Source: an uncultured archaeon (GTDB lineage: Archaea; Iainarchaeota; Iainarchaeia; Iainarchaeales; JAAZKV01). From it: 32,000 nucleotides of DNA. The stretch is from NCBI GenBank assembly GCA_964551375.1, contig CAZKBG010000001.1, positions 450,001 through 482,000 on the forward strand, given 5' to 3'. Both the position numbers and the translations under genes were made by a program. Shown here in pieces: positions 8,311-16,209 of this stretch; positions within the stretch are counted from its first letter, which is position 1; every line of letters starts with the position of its first letter. The notes beneath the pieces are model-generated. The model searched no databases, was not told where the DNA came from, and worked only from the letters and a program-made list of their open reading frames with translations.

Positions 8311-9108
8311 CTAGAATGTTTCGAACGATTCTTCGAAAGGATAAACAACCATTCCTTCCCTCTTCTTTATCTGAACAGGGCGGATTTTTAACGAGTGATT
8401 TGTCGCACGCATTTTTCTCACGCTGATTGCTCTGTTTAGAACATTCTCTTTCTTATCAAGCAGAAGCAAAATTACCCCGTCTGCAACAAATTCTTCAACA
8501 CCGCTTCGCGACATGCTGACTCGGTCTTCTTTTGTTTCTGAAATCGCAAGAGTGGTAACGCCAGTTTTTTTCAAAGCATTCGCAAGATCAACAATGCTTC
8601 TCCTTGTTTTGAATCTGTCCTCAAAATAAAGCTCAAGAACCGAGATTGAATCAATAACCAGCCTCTTTGCGCCGATTGAATCAATCGCATCAAGAATACT
8701 TTCAATTAATTTGTCAAAATCATAAATCTTGGGCTCAAGAACCAGAACCTGTCTTGTTGCAACAAGCTTAGTTAAGTCCATTCCAAACCCGACCATCTGA
8801 AGCTTGTTCTGGTCATAGTTTTCTTCAAGAGAAACATAAATTCCCTTCTCGCCGTTAATTGCCCCAAAAGTCAAAAAATTCATCCCAAAAATAGTTTTTC
8901 CTGTTCCAGCTCCGCCCGCAAGAAGAACAAAAGAATTTTTCGGCAGTCCGCCCTCAATAAGCTCATCAAACCCTTTAACTCCTGTGGCAACTCTTTCAAT
9001 TTCAGGCTGTTTTACTTTAGAAAAATCGATGCTTGAAGCAAGGTCCTTAGATTTTTTTGATTTAGAAAAATTCTTTTTAGACACAATATCTCCCCAAACA
9101 ACTAGCAT
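8311..9108 (-). CDS. Single-domain KaiC-like / RecA-superfamily ATPase
   Basis: ATGVKGFDELIEGGLPKNSFVLLAGGAGTGKTIFGMNF is the KaiC-type N-terminus with Walker A. Walker B is KRLVIDSISVLE. It is the first gene of the signalling operon. A GTG at 9084 preceded by GGGGAG is an alternative start. Confidence 0.85.
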   Translation of the reverse strand: MLVVWGDIVSKKNFSKSKKSKDLASSIDFSKVKQPEIERVATGVKGFDELIEGGLPKNSFVLLAGGAGTGKTIFGMNFLTFGAINGEKGIYVSLEENYDQNKLQMVGFGMDLTKLVATRQVLVLEPKIYDFDKLIESILDAIDSIGAKRLVIDSISVLELYFEDRFKTRRSIVDLANALKKTGVTTLAISETKEDRVSMSRSGVEEFVADGVILLLLDKKENVLNRAISVRKMRATNHSLKIRPVQIKKREGMVVYPFEESFETF

Positions 9109-9134
9109 TATAACGATTTTCTGATTTTTAATTG

Positions 9135-9142
9135 TTTTTATA
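9135..9142 (-). promoter_or_regulatory. Putative TATA box of the KaiC-like signalling operon
   Basis: The minus strand reads TATAAAAA, centred about 30 nt upstream of the ATG at 9108. This fits an archaeal leaderless or short-leader promoter. Confidence 0.35.
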
Positions 9143-9157
9143 CGAAAAAAAAGGAAG

Positions 9158-9166
9158 TTATATAAA
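9158..9166 (+). promoter_or_regulatory. Putative TATA box of the solo pilin gene
   Basis: TTATATAAA lies about 30 nt upstream of the ATG at 9196, back to back with the oppositely oriented box at 9135..9142. Confidence 0.35.
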
Positions 9167-9195
9167 CAAAAAATGCGTTGGTTTGACGGATAATA

Positions 9196-9651
9196 ATGAA
9201 AGAAAACGCCAAAATGAACAATAAAGCGCAGTCCGGACTTGAGTATTTAATGACTTACGGATGGGCAATAATAGCAATTGCCGTGATTGTCGGAATAATT
9301 ATGGTGCTTTTAGGCAATTCCACAACAGTTCAGCAGTGCAACATGAGCCCGTCACACGGGGCAATCACTTATGTTGAAAGTTCAGCGCTGGCAAACACAT
9401 TTACTTTCATAATAAAAAATGACACAGGAAAAACAATCACTGGAGTAACTTACTCTTTTAAAGGAAACTTCGCACAAAGCGCATCAACTACAAATGACAG
9501 TTCAATTACAGCAAATTCAACCGTGACAAAAACAGTTTCAAACACAGGACTTTCAAAACAAATGCCTTATGATGAAACTATCACAATTAATTACAACAGA
9601 CAGGGCGTTTTGATGTCATCAACACTAAACTGCACAGGAACAGTACCATAA
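9196..9651 (+). CDS. Archaeal type IV pilin (class III signal peptide); candidate major pilin
   Basis: The N-terminus MKENAKMNNKAQSGLEYLMTYGWAIIAIAVIVGIIMVLL has the [KR][GA]-Q-x-x-L-E-Y class III signal followed by a hydrophobic helix. By my count there are six N-x-S/T sequons (NST, NMS, NDT, NDS, NST, NCT) in the ~110-aa mature part, plus two Cys. It has its own promoter. Confidence 0.8.
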   Translation: MKENAKMNNKAQSGLEYLMTYGWAIIAIAVIVGIIMVLLGNSTTVQQCNMSPSHGAITYVESSALANTFTFIIKNDTGKTITGVTYSFKGNFAQSASTTNDSSITANSTVTKTVSNTGLSKQMPYDETITINYNRQGVLMSSTLNCTGTVP

Positions 9652-9824
9652 AAGCCAAATAATATCAGCAGTGAAAAAAAGACAAAACAAAAGAACTTTT
9701 TTTATTGAATAAAATGAATTATAATCAGGCTCAAAATTCAACCCCGTCCGCGCATTTAAAAAAAATAAGCAAGTTTTAGAACGCATGCTTCGGGCGCAGA
9801 TTAGCCGTGATTTTTTTTATTTAA

Positions 9825-10841
9825 CTAAAACAAAACTATGTTTTTTAATCCAATCATCTGCCCAAGCATCAGAACTGCAATAAAATAAACCGCAAGCGAA
9901 ACGATGATAAGAATAGGGAAGAATCTCAAACCAGCAAGCTCCCTTCCGTACCTTATTATTCCGATTAAAAGACTTGCAAAAAATGATGTGCAGAACAGGC
10001 ATGCAAATGAAAAAAACCTAATCATTTCAAAAGGAACCTGCTGTTTTTGGGTCGTGTCCCCAAACAGAGTTGAAATGAACGGGATTGAATGGCTGTCAAC
10101 ATTTTCAGGAATTGAAATAGTCTTCTGGTCAGACATCATCTGGGAAACAACAACACCAGAGCCAAAAAGCATGGGCGCGCCTATAGCAGCAGCTATGATA
10201 ATTAAGAAAATGTACATGGAAATATTCGCTTTAATCTCGCTGTTTATCGCTTCTTCCTCTCTCAAATCCTTTGAAACTCTAAGAAGCAGGCTTCCAAAAG
10301 AGCCTCCTTTTTTTATTCCTTCAATAAGCAGCCAGATTGTTTTTCCAAGAACATACGAATTAACTTTTTTAGAAATGGTTGTTAACGCCTCTTCAAGAGT
10401 TCTGCCCGAAAACATTTCCTTTGCGGCGCGCTTTAACAAAAGCGCAAGCTCTCCAAATTCAGGGCGCGCAGACTCAACAAGCGCATTTTCAACAGTAAGC
10501 CCCGAGTTAACATTGGTGGCAACAAGCTCAAGCGCATTGGGAAGATTCTGCTCAACCCTTCTGACTCTTGCAAGCTCATAATAATCAAGCACAACATAAA
10601 TAGCAAATAATATTATTACAGCCGCAGCAAAGAATGCCCCAATTGCATAAAAAATTGACTTATAGACAAAGAATATGTCAAATCCTGCCAAAGCTCCCAG
10701 CATAAAAGGGAGCGCCATCAAAAATCCGATTATTTTTCTTTTTGAAACCTTATCTCCTTCAATCCAGAGCTTACGCTCAAAAGCATCAGTAATAAAAGAA
10801 GGAAATAAATCCCCAATCCTAAGCCAAATTGCCCCCTTCAT
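9825..10841 (-). CDS. Pilus platform membrane protein with a single T2SSF domain (TadC/FlaJ-like)
   Basis: The T2SSF-type cytoplasmic block is QNLPNALELVATNVNSGLTVENALVESARPEFGELALLLKRAAKEMFSGRTLEEAL...GSFGSLLLRVSKDL. It is flanked by TM helices. The start abuts the previous gene's stop (TAAATG). Confidence 0.8.
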   Translation of the reverse strand: MKGAIWLRIGDLFPSFITDAFERKLWIEGDKVSKRKIIGFLMALPFMLGALAGFDIFFVYKSIFYAIGAFFAAAVIILFAIYVVLDYYELARVRRVEQNLPNALELVATNVNSGLTVENALVESARPEFGELALLLKRAAKEMFSGRTLEEALTTISKKVNSYVLGKTIWLLIEGIKKGGSFGSLLLRVSKDLREEEAINSEIKANISMYIFLIIIAAAIGAPMLFGSGVVVSQMMSDQKTISIPENVDSHSIPFISTLFGDTTQKQQVPFEMIRFFSFACLFCTSFFASLLIGIIRYGRELAGLRFFPILIIVSLAVYFIAVLMLGQMIGLKNIVLF

Positions 10842-11738
10842 TTAAACACTCCCCATTAAACTTGGCCTTCTTGATTTCATAAAACCAACAAGCATAAATT
10901 GCGCAACAACTACTCCGACTAATAAAATTATAAACAAGGAAGAGCTGATTTGAACTCCGGGAAGCGAATTCATCACAGCAAGGAAAGTCAAAGCCATTGC
11001 GGGAACAATAACCGCTATCATCATGTAAACAAGAGTAAGAACTCTAAGAGAAGAACCGTAAGCAATAATTTGTGTTTTTTGATATCTTTCAAGAGATTCA
11101 AGACTTTCTTCAATAACCTGCGCAATCGGCGCGCCTGCTTTCATTCCTGATACAATCTGCCACAATACTTTGCTCAAAAACTGGCTTGAATTTTTTGAAG
11201 CAACATCCTTAAGCACCTCATCTTCCTTTTCACCCGAGTTAAGCCTTTTTGCAATTCCCCTAAAAACTGCCCCCATTTCTCCAAGCTCATTTCTTGACAC
11301 AATAACCATCGCATCAAAAAGGCTCACACCTGCTTCAAGCTGGACAAGAACAACTTTTAATCCAAAGATTAAGTTTGAATCAATTGAGGCAACTTTCTTC
11401 TGCATGTAAATTGTGGGGAACAAAAGCATTCTAATAAAAACAAGAACCCCTATGGCAAGCCCTACTCCAATTCCAGCAATAATCGCCAAGTCAAATTTCG
11501 CAAGCGAAAGAGTGCCCGCAATAACAAAAGCAATAATCACGCCGTAAAAGAGCGAGCTAAAAATTGACACGGCAAAATAATCATCGCTTCCCATGTCAAT
11601 GCCTGCCTGCTCAAGCACCGTGTCATAGCCAGGAAAGAAACTTCCAATAAATTCTCCGACTCCAAGAAACGGCGCGCTGAGTTTTTTAGCAGTATTCTCG
11701 CTTATCGGCACGAACAAAAAGTTTGTCATCAAAATCAC
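10842..11738 (-). CDS. Pilus platform membrane protein with a single T2SSF domain (TadB/FlaJ-like)
   Basis: The T2SSF-type block is LIFGLKVVLVQLEAGVSLFDAMVIVSRNELGEMGAVFRGIAKRLNSGEKEDEVL...GAPIAQVIEESLESLE, with flanking TM helices. The start is GTG at 11738 or ATG at 11729, directly after the ATPase gene. Confidence 0.8.
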   Translation of the reverse strand: MILMTNFLFVPISENTAKKLSAPFLGVGEFIGSFFPGYDTVLEQAGIDMGSDDYFAVSIFSSLFYGVIIAFVIAGTLSLAKFDLAIIAGIGVGLAIGVLVFIRMLLFPTIYMQKKVASIDSNLIFGLKVVLVQLEAGVSLFDAMVIVSRNELGEMGAVFRGIAKRLNSGEKEDEVLKDVASKNSSQFLSKVLWQIVSGMKAGAPIAQVIEESLESLERYQKTQIIAYGSSLRVLTLVYMMIAVIVPAMALTFLAVMNSLPGVQISSSLFIILLVGVVVAQFMLVGFMKSRRPSLMGSV

Positions 11739-11740
11739 TC

Positions 11741-13300
11741 TTATTCAAACAAAAGCCTCGGGTCCTTCCCTTTTTGAGAAAACTCATAAACTAAATCAGG
11801 CGACTGATAGTACTTTGCAAAAATCATTCCCAAGTCATCAAGTCTGAAAATATTGTTTTTCACAAGCCAATCAAGTATTTTTTCCTTCTGCTTTAATTCA
11901 GAATCTATTTCTCCCGCGCCCATTCCGGTGTGAACGCTGATTAAGTCATAGAATCTCACGCTATCATGCTGTTTTTTGATAATGCCCTTTGTTGAAATAT
12001 ACCTAAACAAAACATTTGCCTTTGCGGACTGTTCAATTCCCCTGTCTTCAACTACAATTTCAGAAATCTGGTAAATTGACCTCTGGCTTGTCTTGCTGTT
12101 TCTAAAAAGAGTAATGTTAAGCCCGATTGACGCAAGCATCCCTTGCGGAATATCAAGCGGAGGGTTAGCAAATCTTCTAATTGTTTCCTCAGCAGTATCC
12201 GCGTGGAAAGTAGCATACACACTATGCCCTGTGTTCATCGCTTCAAACATTACTTCCGCTTCCTTCTGCCTTCTAACTTCCCCAACAACTATTCTATCCG
12301 GACGCATTCTCAGCGAGTTCACCAAAAGGTCAAGCATTGAAATCTCCCCCTTGCCTTCAGTGTTTGCGGGCCTTGAAACCATAGGCACCCAGTGAAGGAA
12401 TTTAGGAAGAGTTAATTCCCTTGTGTCTTCAATTGAAATTACTCTCTGAGTAGGAGGAATTAATGAAAGGCACGCGTTAAGAAGCGAAGTTTTACCGCTT
12501 GCTGTGCCCCCAGAGAAAATTACATTAAGCTCGTAATGCATAGCCATCCATATAATTGCCATTGATTCGCTTGAAGCGCTTCCGTTTGAAATTAATTCTG
12601 TAACAGTCCAGGGATTTCTTCTAAATCTTCGGATTGTAATAGTATTGCCGTGAGACGACACAGGGTTAAGCGTCGCATTAGCTCTGTCCCCGCTTGAAAG
12701 ATGCGCGTCAAGAAGCGGAGTAAGAACGGTAATCTGCTTTCCTGATCTTCTTGCAATGATTGAAGCAAAGTTTTCAATTTCTTTTTCAGAATCAAACCAT
12801 AAATTAGTCTTCATCCAGCCGTATTTTTTGTGATAAATCCACGCAGGCTCAATAGCCGAGTTAAGCACTATTTCTTCAATATTGTCATCGAGAAGAACAT
12901 ATTCCAAATCCGCGAGCCCCAGCATTTCGTTAATTAAAATTTCAACAAGGACTTCAATATTCTTTTTTTCAGAGCCGAACAATCTTTTTGCCAAAAGCTC
13001 ATGCGCAAAAAACGAGAAATCTTTTCTCACAGATTCTATAAATTTCTGGTCAACCATTTTCTCAACAGGGATTTTTGAACGAGAAAGAATTTCAATTTTA
13101 ATTTCATCAAGAGTAATTCTTGTTCCGGAGCCAACTTCAGGATAAGATATGTGGTAGTGCGGAACAAAATCCTTAGGATCGTTGAATAAAATAACTTTAA
13201 CCGCAGCCTTGCAGTTTTCAATAGGATATTCGCCAATCATTGCTTCAGGATTAACAATCTCAGCTTCTCTTCTTCTGATACCGCTGCTTGATTCATTCAT
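11741..13300 (-). CDS. Type IV pilus / secretion ATPase (FlaI / PilB / VirB11 family)
   Basis: Walker A is FSGGTASGKTSLLNACL. Other family motifs are VISIEDTRELTL, the Asp box RPDRIVVGEVRRQKEA, and the His box NTGHSVYATFHA. Confidence 0.9.
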   Translation of the reverse strand: MNESSSGIRRREAEIVNPEAMIGEYPIENCKAAVKVILFNDPKDFVPHYHISYPEVGSGTRITLDEIKIEILSRSKIPVEKMVDQKFIESVRKDFSFFAHELLAKRLFGSEKKNIEVLVEILINEMLGLADLEYVLLDDNIEEIVLNSAIEPAWIYHKKYGWMKTNLWFDSEKEIENFASIIARRSGKQITVLTPLLDAHLSSGDRANATLNPVSSHGNTITIRRFRRNPWTVTELISNGSASSESMAIIWMAMHYELNVIFSGGTASGKTSLLNACLSLIPPTQRVISIEDTRELTLPKFLHWVPMVSRPANTEGKGEISMLDLLVNSLRMRPDRIVVGEVRRQKEAEVMFEAMNTGHSVYATFHADTAEETIRRFANPPLDIPQGMLASIGLNITLFRNSKTSQRSIYQISEIVVEDRGIEQSAKANVLFRYISTKGIIKKQHDSVRFYDLISVHTGMGAGEIDSELKQKEKILDWLVKNNIFRLDDLGMIFAKYYQSPDLVYEFSQKGKDPRLLFE

Positions 13301-13968
13301 TCAAGATCACCTTTCTCGCTAAAAACAATCCGTGGATTTCCCATTAGGGGATAAAATATTTTCATTCTGCCAGATTCTTCAAATACTCTTGCGAGCTCAA
13401 GAACGTCACTCTCTTTAACTGCGAGGGATTTTGACAAATCTGCAACTGAAACTGATTTTCTTACCGAGACAATAGAATACATTCTGTCAAAAATCGTCTT
13501 AACTTGATTTGAGCCTATTATTCCACCGTCAACAATTGATTTATCAGATGCATTTTTCTTATCCTTTGCGCTTATTGACGCCCACTTGCCTCTGCCTCCT
13601 TTTCCTTTATTGACCAAAATTATATTCTCTCTTGCAGCCCATCTCTTTCTCTTAACTTCAGGAGGACAAATTAAGTTTGACTTGCTCACGCTTGACAACT
13701 TTTCACTGTCATCGCAAATTTCATTAAAACTGGGTTTTGAGGATTGTTTGTTTTTCAAAGAAACCGCCTTTTTCGGCTTAACTGCCCCTTTAGAAAAAAC
13801 TTTTTTTGAAATAACTTTTGCTTTTTTCTTTATTCTAACCCCCTTATTGGTTTTTTTTTCATTTTTTTTAGCAGTATCTTTAACGCTGGCTTTAGCCTTA
13901 TTTTTGGCTTTGCCTTTAACCCCTCTTTTTCCGCCAAGGATTTCGTCTATTAGTTGAATATTAACCAT
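13297..13968 (-). CDS. Hypothetical protein: Lys-rich N-terminal half plus a C-terminal winged-helix-like domain
   Basis: The N-terminal ~100 aa are very Lys-rich (KGKAKNKAKASVKDTAKKNEKKTNKGVRIKKKAKVISKK). The C-terminal ~70 aa (SVADLSKSLAVKESDVLELARVFEESGRMKIFYP) look like a wHTH. Its stop overlaps the ATPase start (ATGA at 13297..13300). Confidence 0.55.
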   Translation of the reverse strand: MVNIQLIDEILGGKRGVKGKAKNKAKASVKDTAKKNEKKTNKGVRIKKKAKVISKKVFSKGAVKPKKAVSLKNKQSSKPSFNEICDDSEKLSSVSKSNLICPPEVKRKRWAARENIILVNKGKGGRGKWASISAKDKKNASDKSIVDGGIIGSNQVKTIFDRMYSIVSVRKSVSVADLSKSLAVKESDVLELARVFEESGRMKIFYPLMGNPRIVFSEKGDLE

Positions 13969-14059
13969 TTTTTACGCCATCTCAGTAAAATTATCACTAT
14001 TAAATAGGATTTTGTGGTTTTTTAACTTAATTACCCCCATAAAACCCAAAAAATATACC

Positions 14060-14929
14060 TCACTTATATCCACCAATACTTGGAGAAATTACTATCGCAT
14101 CGTCATTAACCCCTGCGCTTACAACCGAATCAATAAAATAAACATTTGAATCCAAATTAACCACTCTTGAAGCTGATTTCCAGGTTAAATTACCCACAGC
14201 ATAAGTGAAATTCAAATCGTTTGCTGAGCCAAGAGCGCCTGTAGTCATTATAATCGAACCGCTTTGAAGAGCATCAATGCTGTTGTCAAAATTAACTTTA
14301 AGCGTCCCGTTCTGGCTCCACACTCTAACTTTTAACCGCACAGGGTTGGCGCAAGAAACGCACAACGGAAGACTCGTTGAACTTACATTCATATCGCTTG
14401 TAACATTCACATCATAAAAAATTGTTGAGAATTTTCTTGCGCCGTAATTATATCTCACAATAGTATTATCAGAGAAGCCGTTTGTAAGCGAATGAACCAC
14501 ATTAAAGTCCTTTCCCCAAACTTGTATTTTTCCCGCATCAATTAATCCAAGATTTATTGAAACAGCGCCGTTGAATTTTGAGGAAAACAAGCTGTTCACT
14601 TTTGAAACCGCTCCAGAGATATTATTTCTCTGAGAAAGATTTGGAAAAGATTCCCTGAAGTTAAAACTGTTAAAATCAGATGAAAAAGTTACTCCGCCCA
14701 CGTTTGAATAAATTGAACTCAAAATGGATGCTGAAGAAACTTTTAAAGAAGCCGCGCTTTGGGAAGCAAGAATTCCGTTAAATGAAGTATTTGCTCCATT
14801 AGTAACTGCGCCCTCAAAGTAAGCAACTGAAATTAATAAAAGCGCGATGAAAAGAGTGGATAAAGTAACAAAAACTCCCCTCTCGCCGACAGCTGGCCGG
14901 CTTTTATTTCTTTGAATTTTTGATTTCAT
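14060..14929 (-). CDS. Pilin-like / pilus-associated protein (possible class III signal)
   Basis: The N-terminus NKSRPAVGERGVFVTLSTLFIALLLISVAYF has a basic residue, Gly, then a hydrophobic helix. The remainder is Ser/Asn-rich with many N-x-S/T sequons. Its start overlaps the previous gene's stop (ATGA at 14926..14929). Confidence 0.55.
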   Translation of the reverse strand: MKSKIQRNKSRPAVGERGVFVTLSTLFIALLLISVAYFEGAVTNGANTSFNGILASQSAASLKVSSASILSSIYSNVGGVTFSSDFNSFNFRESFPNLSQRNNISGAVSKVNSLFSSKFNGAVSINLGLIDAGKIQVWGKDFNVVHSLTNGFSDNTIVRYNYGARKFSTIFYDVNVTSDMNVSSTSLPLCVSCANPVRLKVRVWSQNGTLKVNFDNSIDALQSGSIIMTTGALGSANDLNFTYAVGNLTWKSASRVVNLDSNVYFIDSVVSAGVNDDAIVISPSIGGYK

Positions 14930-15366
14930 TTAGGCCACACCCTTGCCTTAGCAACGCCCAGATAATTAATATCATTATTTGCAAAAATCACAAAAGGGCG
15001 CGAAGTCTCAACAACCCCAATAACATTAGTATCTGCTGCATTAGCCACAGTTATTGAATCAATAAGAGCCATTGTGTTTGAATTGTATCTTGAAAATAAA
15101 ATGCTGTAATTATAATTTGGAGGCATATTTTGGGCAACGGCTGAATTTAGAGAAGAGTAGTTAAAAGAAGAAAGCGCGCCTGTTTTATCAAGCACGTTTA
15201 GTAAATCCAAAGAAACCTGTTTTTGAAAAGCCTTTGGAGAAGATGCTACCTGCGAATAAGAAACCGAGAAAAATAATCCAAGCGAAATTATAAGCACAAT
15301 AATCGCAAACACCGCATCAAGGCTGAAATGAAAGCCCTTATTGTTAATTTTAAAATTACTTTTCAT
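14926..15366 (-). CDS. Minor pilin-like protein (class III signal peptide)
   Basis: MKSNFKINNKGFHFSLDAVFAIIVLIISLGLFF has a KG/F cleavage-type motif followed by a hydrophobic helix. Confidence 0.7.
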   Translation of the reverse strand: MKSNFKINNKGFHFSLDAVFAIIVLIISLGLFFSVSYSQVASSPKAFQKQVSLDLLNVLDKTGALSSFNYSSLNSAVAQNMPPNYNYSILFSRYNSNTMALIDSITVANAADTNVIGVVETSRPFVIFANNDINYLGVAKARVWPK

Positions 15367-15802
15367 ACAAAATCACCGTTGCTTTCAGCGCAGTGTTGTT
15401 CATAGTAATAATTCTTTGAATTGAAATTGCCTGCCTTACTCCGCTCTGCCCGTAATTAAGATAAGTCGCTCCAGCTCCTGAAATAGTAACTTTGAAATCA
15501 TACCCTTCAATCCCAAGCTCCCTTTTCATGGAATTATAATCAACAGCTGAAAAACAGGAAAGCTTCTGCTGGGAGATTACATTCTTTTCAACTGCAAGCC
15601 CTCCAGCAAGGCAGTTTGTATCTGAAAAAATTGCTTCGGAAAGATAAAAAACATCAGACTGCATCTGATAAAGAGACTGCGTTTCAATTGCCGAACCCAG
15701 ATGCGAAAAAGTGAGCCCTGCCCCGAACCCCACAATAATTGTCGCCACAAGCGCAGCAGCCATTATGTCAAACCCTTCCGCCTGCCCCTTGTTATCCATC
15801 AT
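15356..15802 (-). CDS. Minor pilin-like protein (class III signal peptide)
   Basis: MMDNKGQAEGFDIMAAALVATIIVGFGAGL has a KG/Q motif followed by a hydrophobic helix. Confidence 0.7.
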   Translation of the reverse strand: MMDNKGQAEGFDIMAAALVATIIVGFGAGLTFSHLGSAIETQSLYQMQSDVFYLSEAIFSDTNCLAGGLAVEKNVISQQKLSCFSAVDYNSMKRELGIEGYDFKVTISGAGATYLNYGQSGVRQAISIQRIITMNNTALKATVILYEK

Positions 15803-15819
15803 ACAAATCCCAAATTTAA

Positions 15820-16206
15820 TTAATTATTTATAAAAATAAAATTGCCGTCATACGAAATCCATAAATTTCCAACATTTAAATTTCTGTCAAGATTTGTCTG
15901 GAGAGTTTTGCAGAAAATTCCGTTAAAACTCTGAGAAGCGTAATAATTCACGTAAATAGTGTCGTTTGCGAGCCGAAAGTTTCTGTCAATAACTCCGTTC
16001 CAGTCAAGAGAACTATACTTTGCCGAATAAATTGCTTGCGCAATTGAATCGCAAATAACTTTATCATTCACCTGGTCAGTGCTTGCCTGAATTGCCTGCG
16101 CTTGAGTTGAGGTAAAATAAAAAACTCCAATAAAGAAAATCAAAAAGACAACCATGCCGGACATTGTCTCAAGCGACACTTGGGCGCGTGAATTAGAACG
16201 AAACAT
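15820..16206 (-). CDS. Minor pilin-like protein (class III signal peptide)
   Basis: MFRSNSRAQVSLETMSGMVVFLIFFIGVFYF has an RA/Q-V-S-L-E motif followed by a hydrophobic helix. GCGGGGTGTAATCA precedes the ATG. Confidence 0.7.
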   Translation of the reverse strand: MFRSNSRAQVSLETMSGMVVFLIFFIGVFYFTSTQAQAIQASTDQVNDKVICDSIAQAIYSAKYSSLDWNGVIDRNFRLANDTIYVNYYASQSFNGIFCKTLQTNLDRNLNVGNLWISYDGNFIFINN

Positions 16207-16209
16207 TGA

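Noticed and set aside
9904-10581. 225-aa plus-strand ORF antisense to the T2SSF platform gene
   Set aside because: The minus-strand product carries a recognisable T2SSF block and TM helices and is start/stop-coupled to its neighbours. The plus-strand translation is low-complexity and Ser-rich with no supporting signals.
8311-13300. Interpretation of the locus as an archaellum (KaiC-like as ArlH, ATPase as ArlI, T2SSF as ArlJ)
   Set aside because: There are no archaellin, ArlF/G or ArlC/D/E genes. The platform is split into two single-domain genes. The KaiC-like gene heads a separate REC/HK operon on the other side of a pilin gene. A pilus with an associated signalling module fits better, although an ArlH-like action of the KaiC-like protein on the ATPase remains possible.
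13586-13957. 123-aa plus-strand ORF antisense to the Lys-rich gene
   Set aside because: It is the mirror image of poly-Lys codons (AAA/AAG read as TTT/CTT, giving F/L-rich pseudo-TM sequence). The minus-strand gene is supported by the ATGA coupling to the ATPase and by a structured C-terminal domain.
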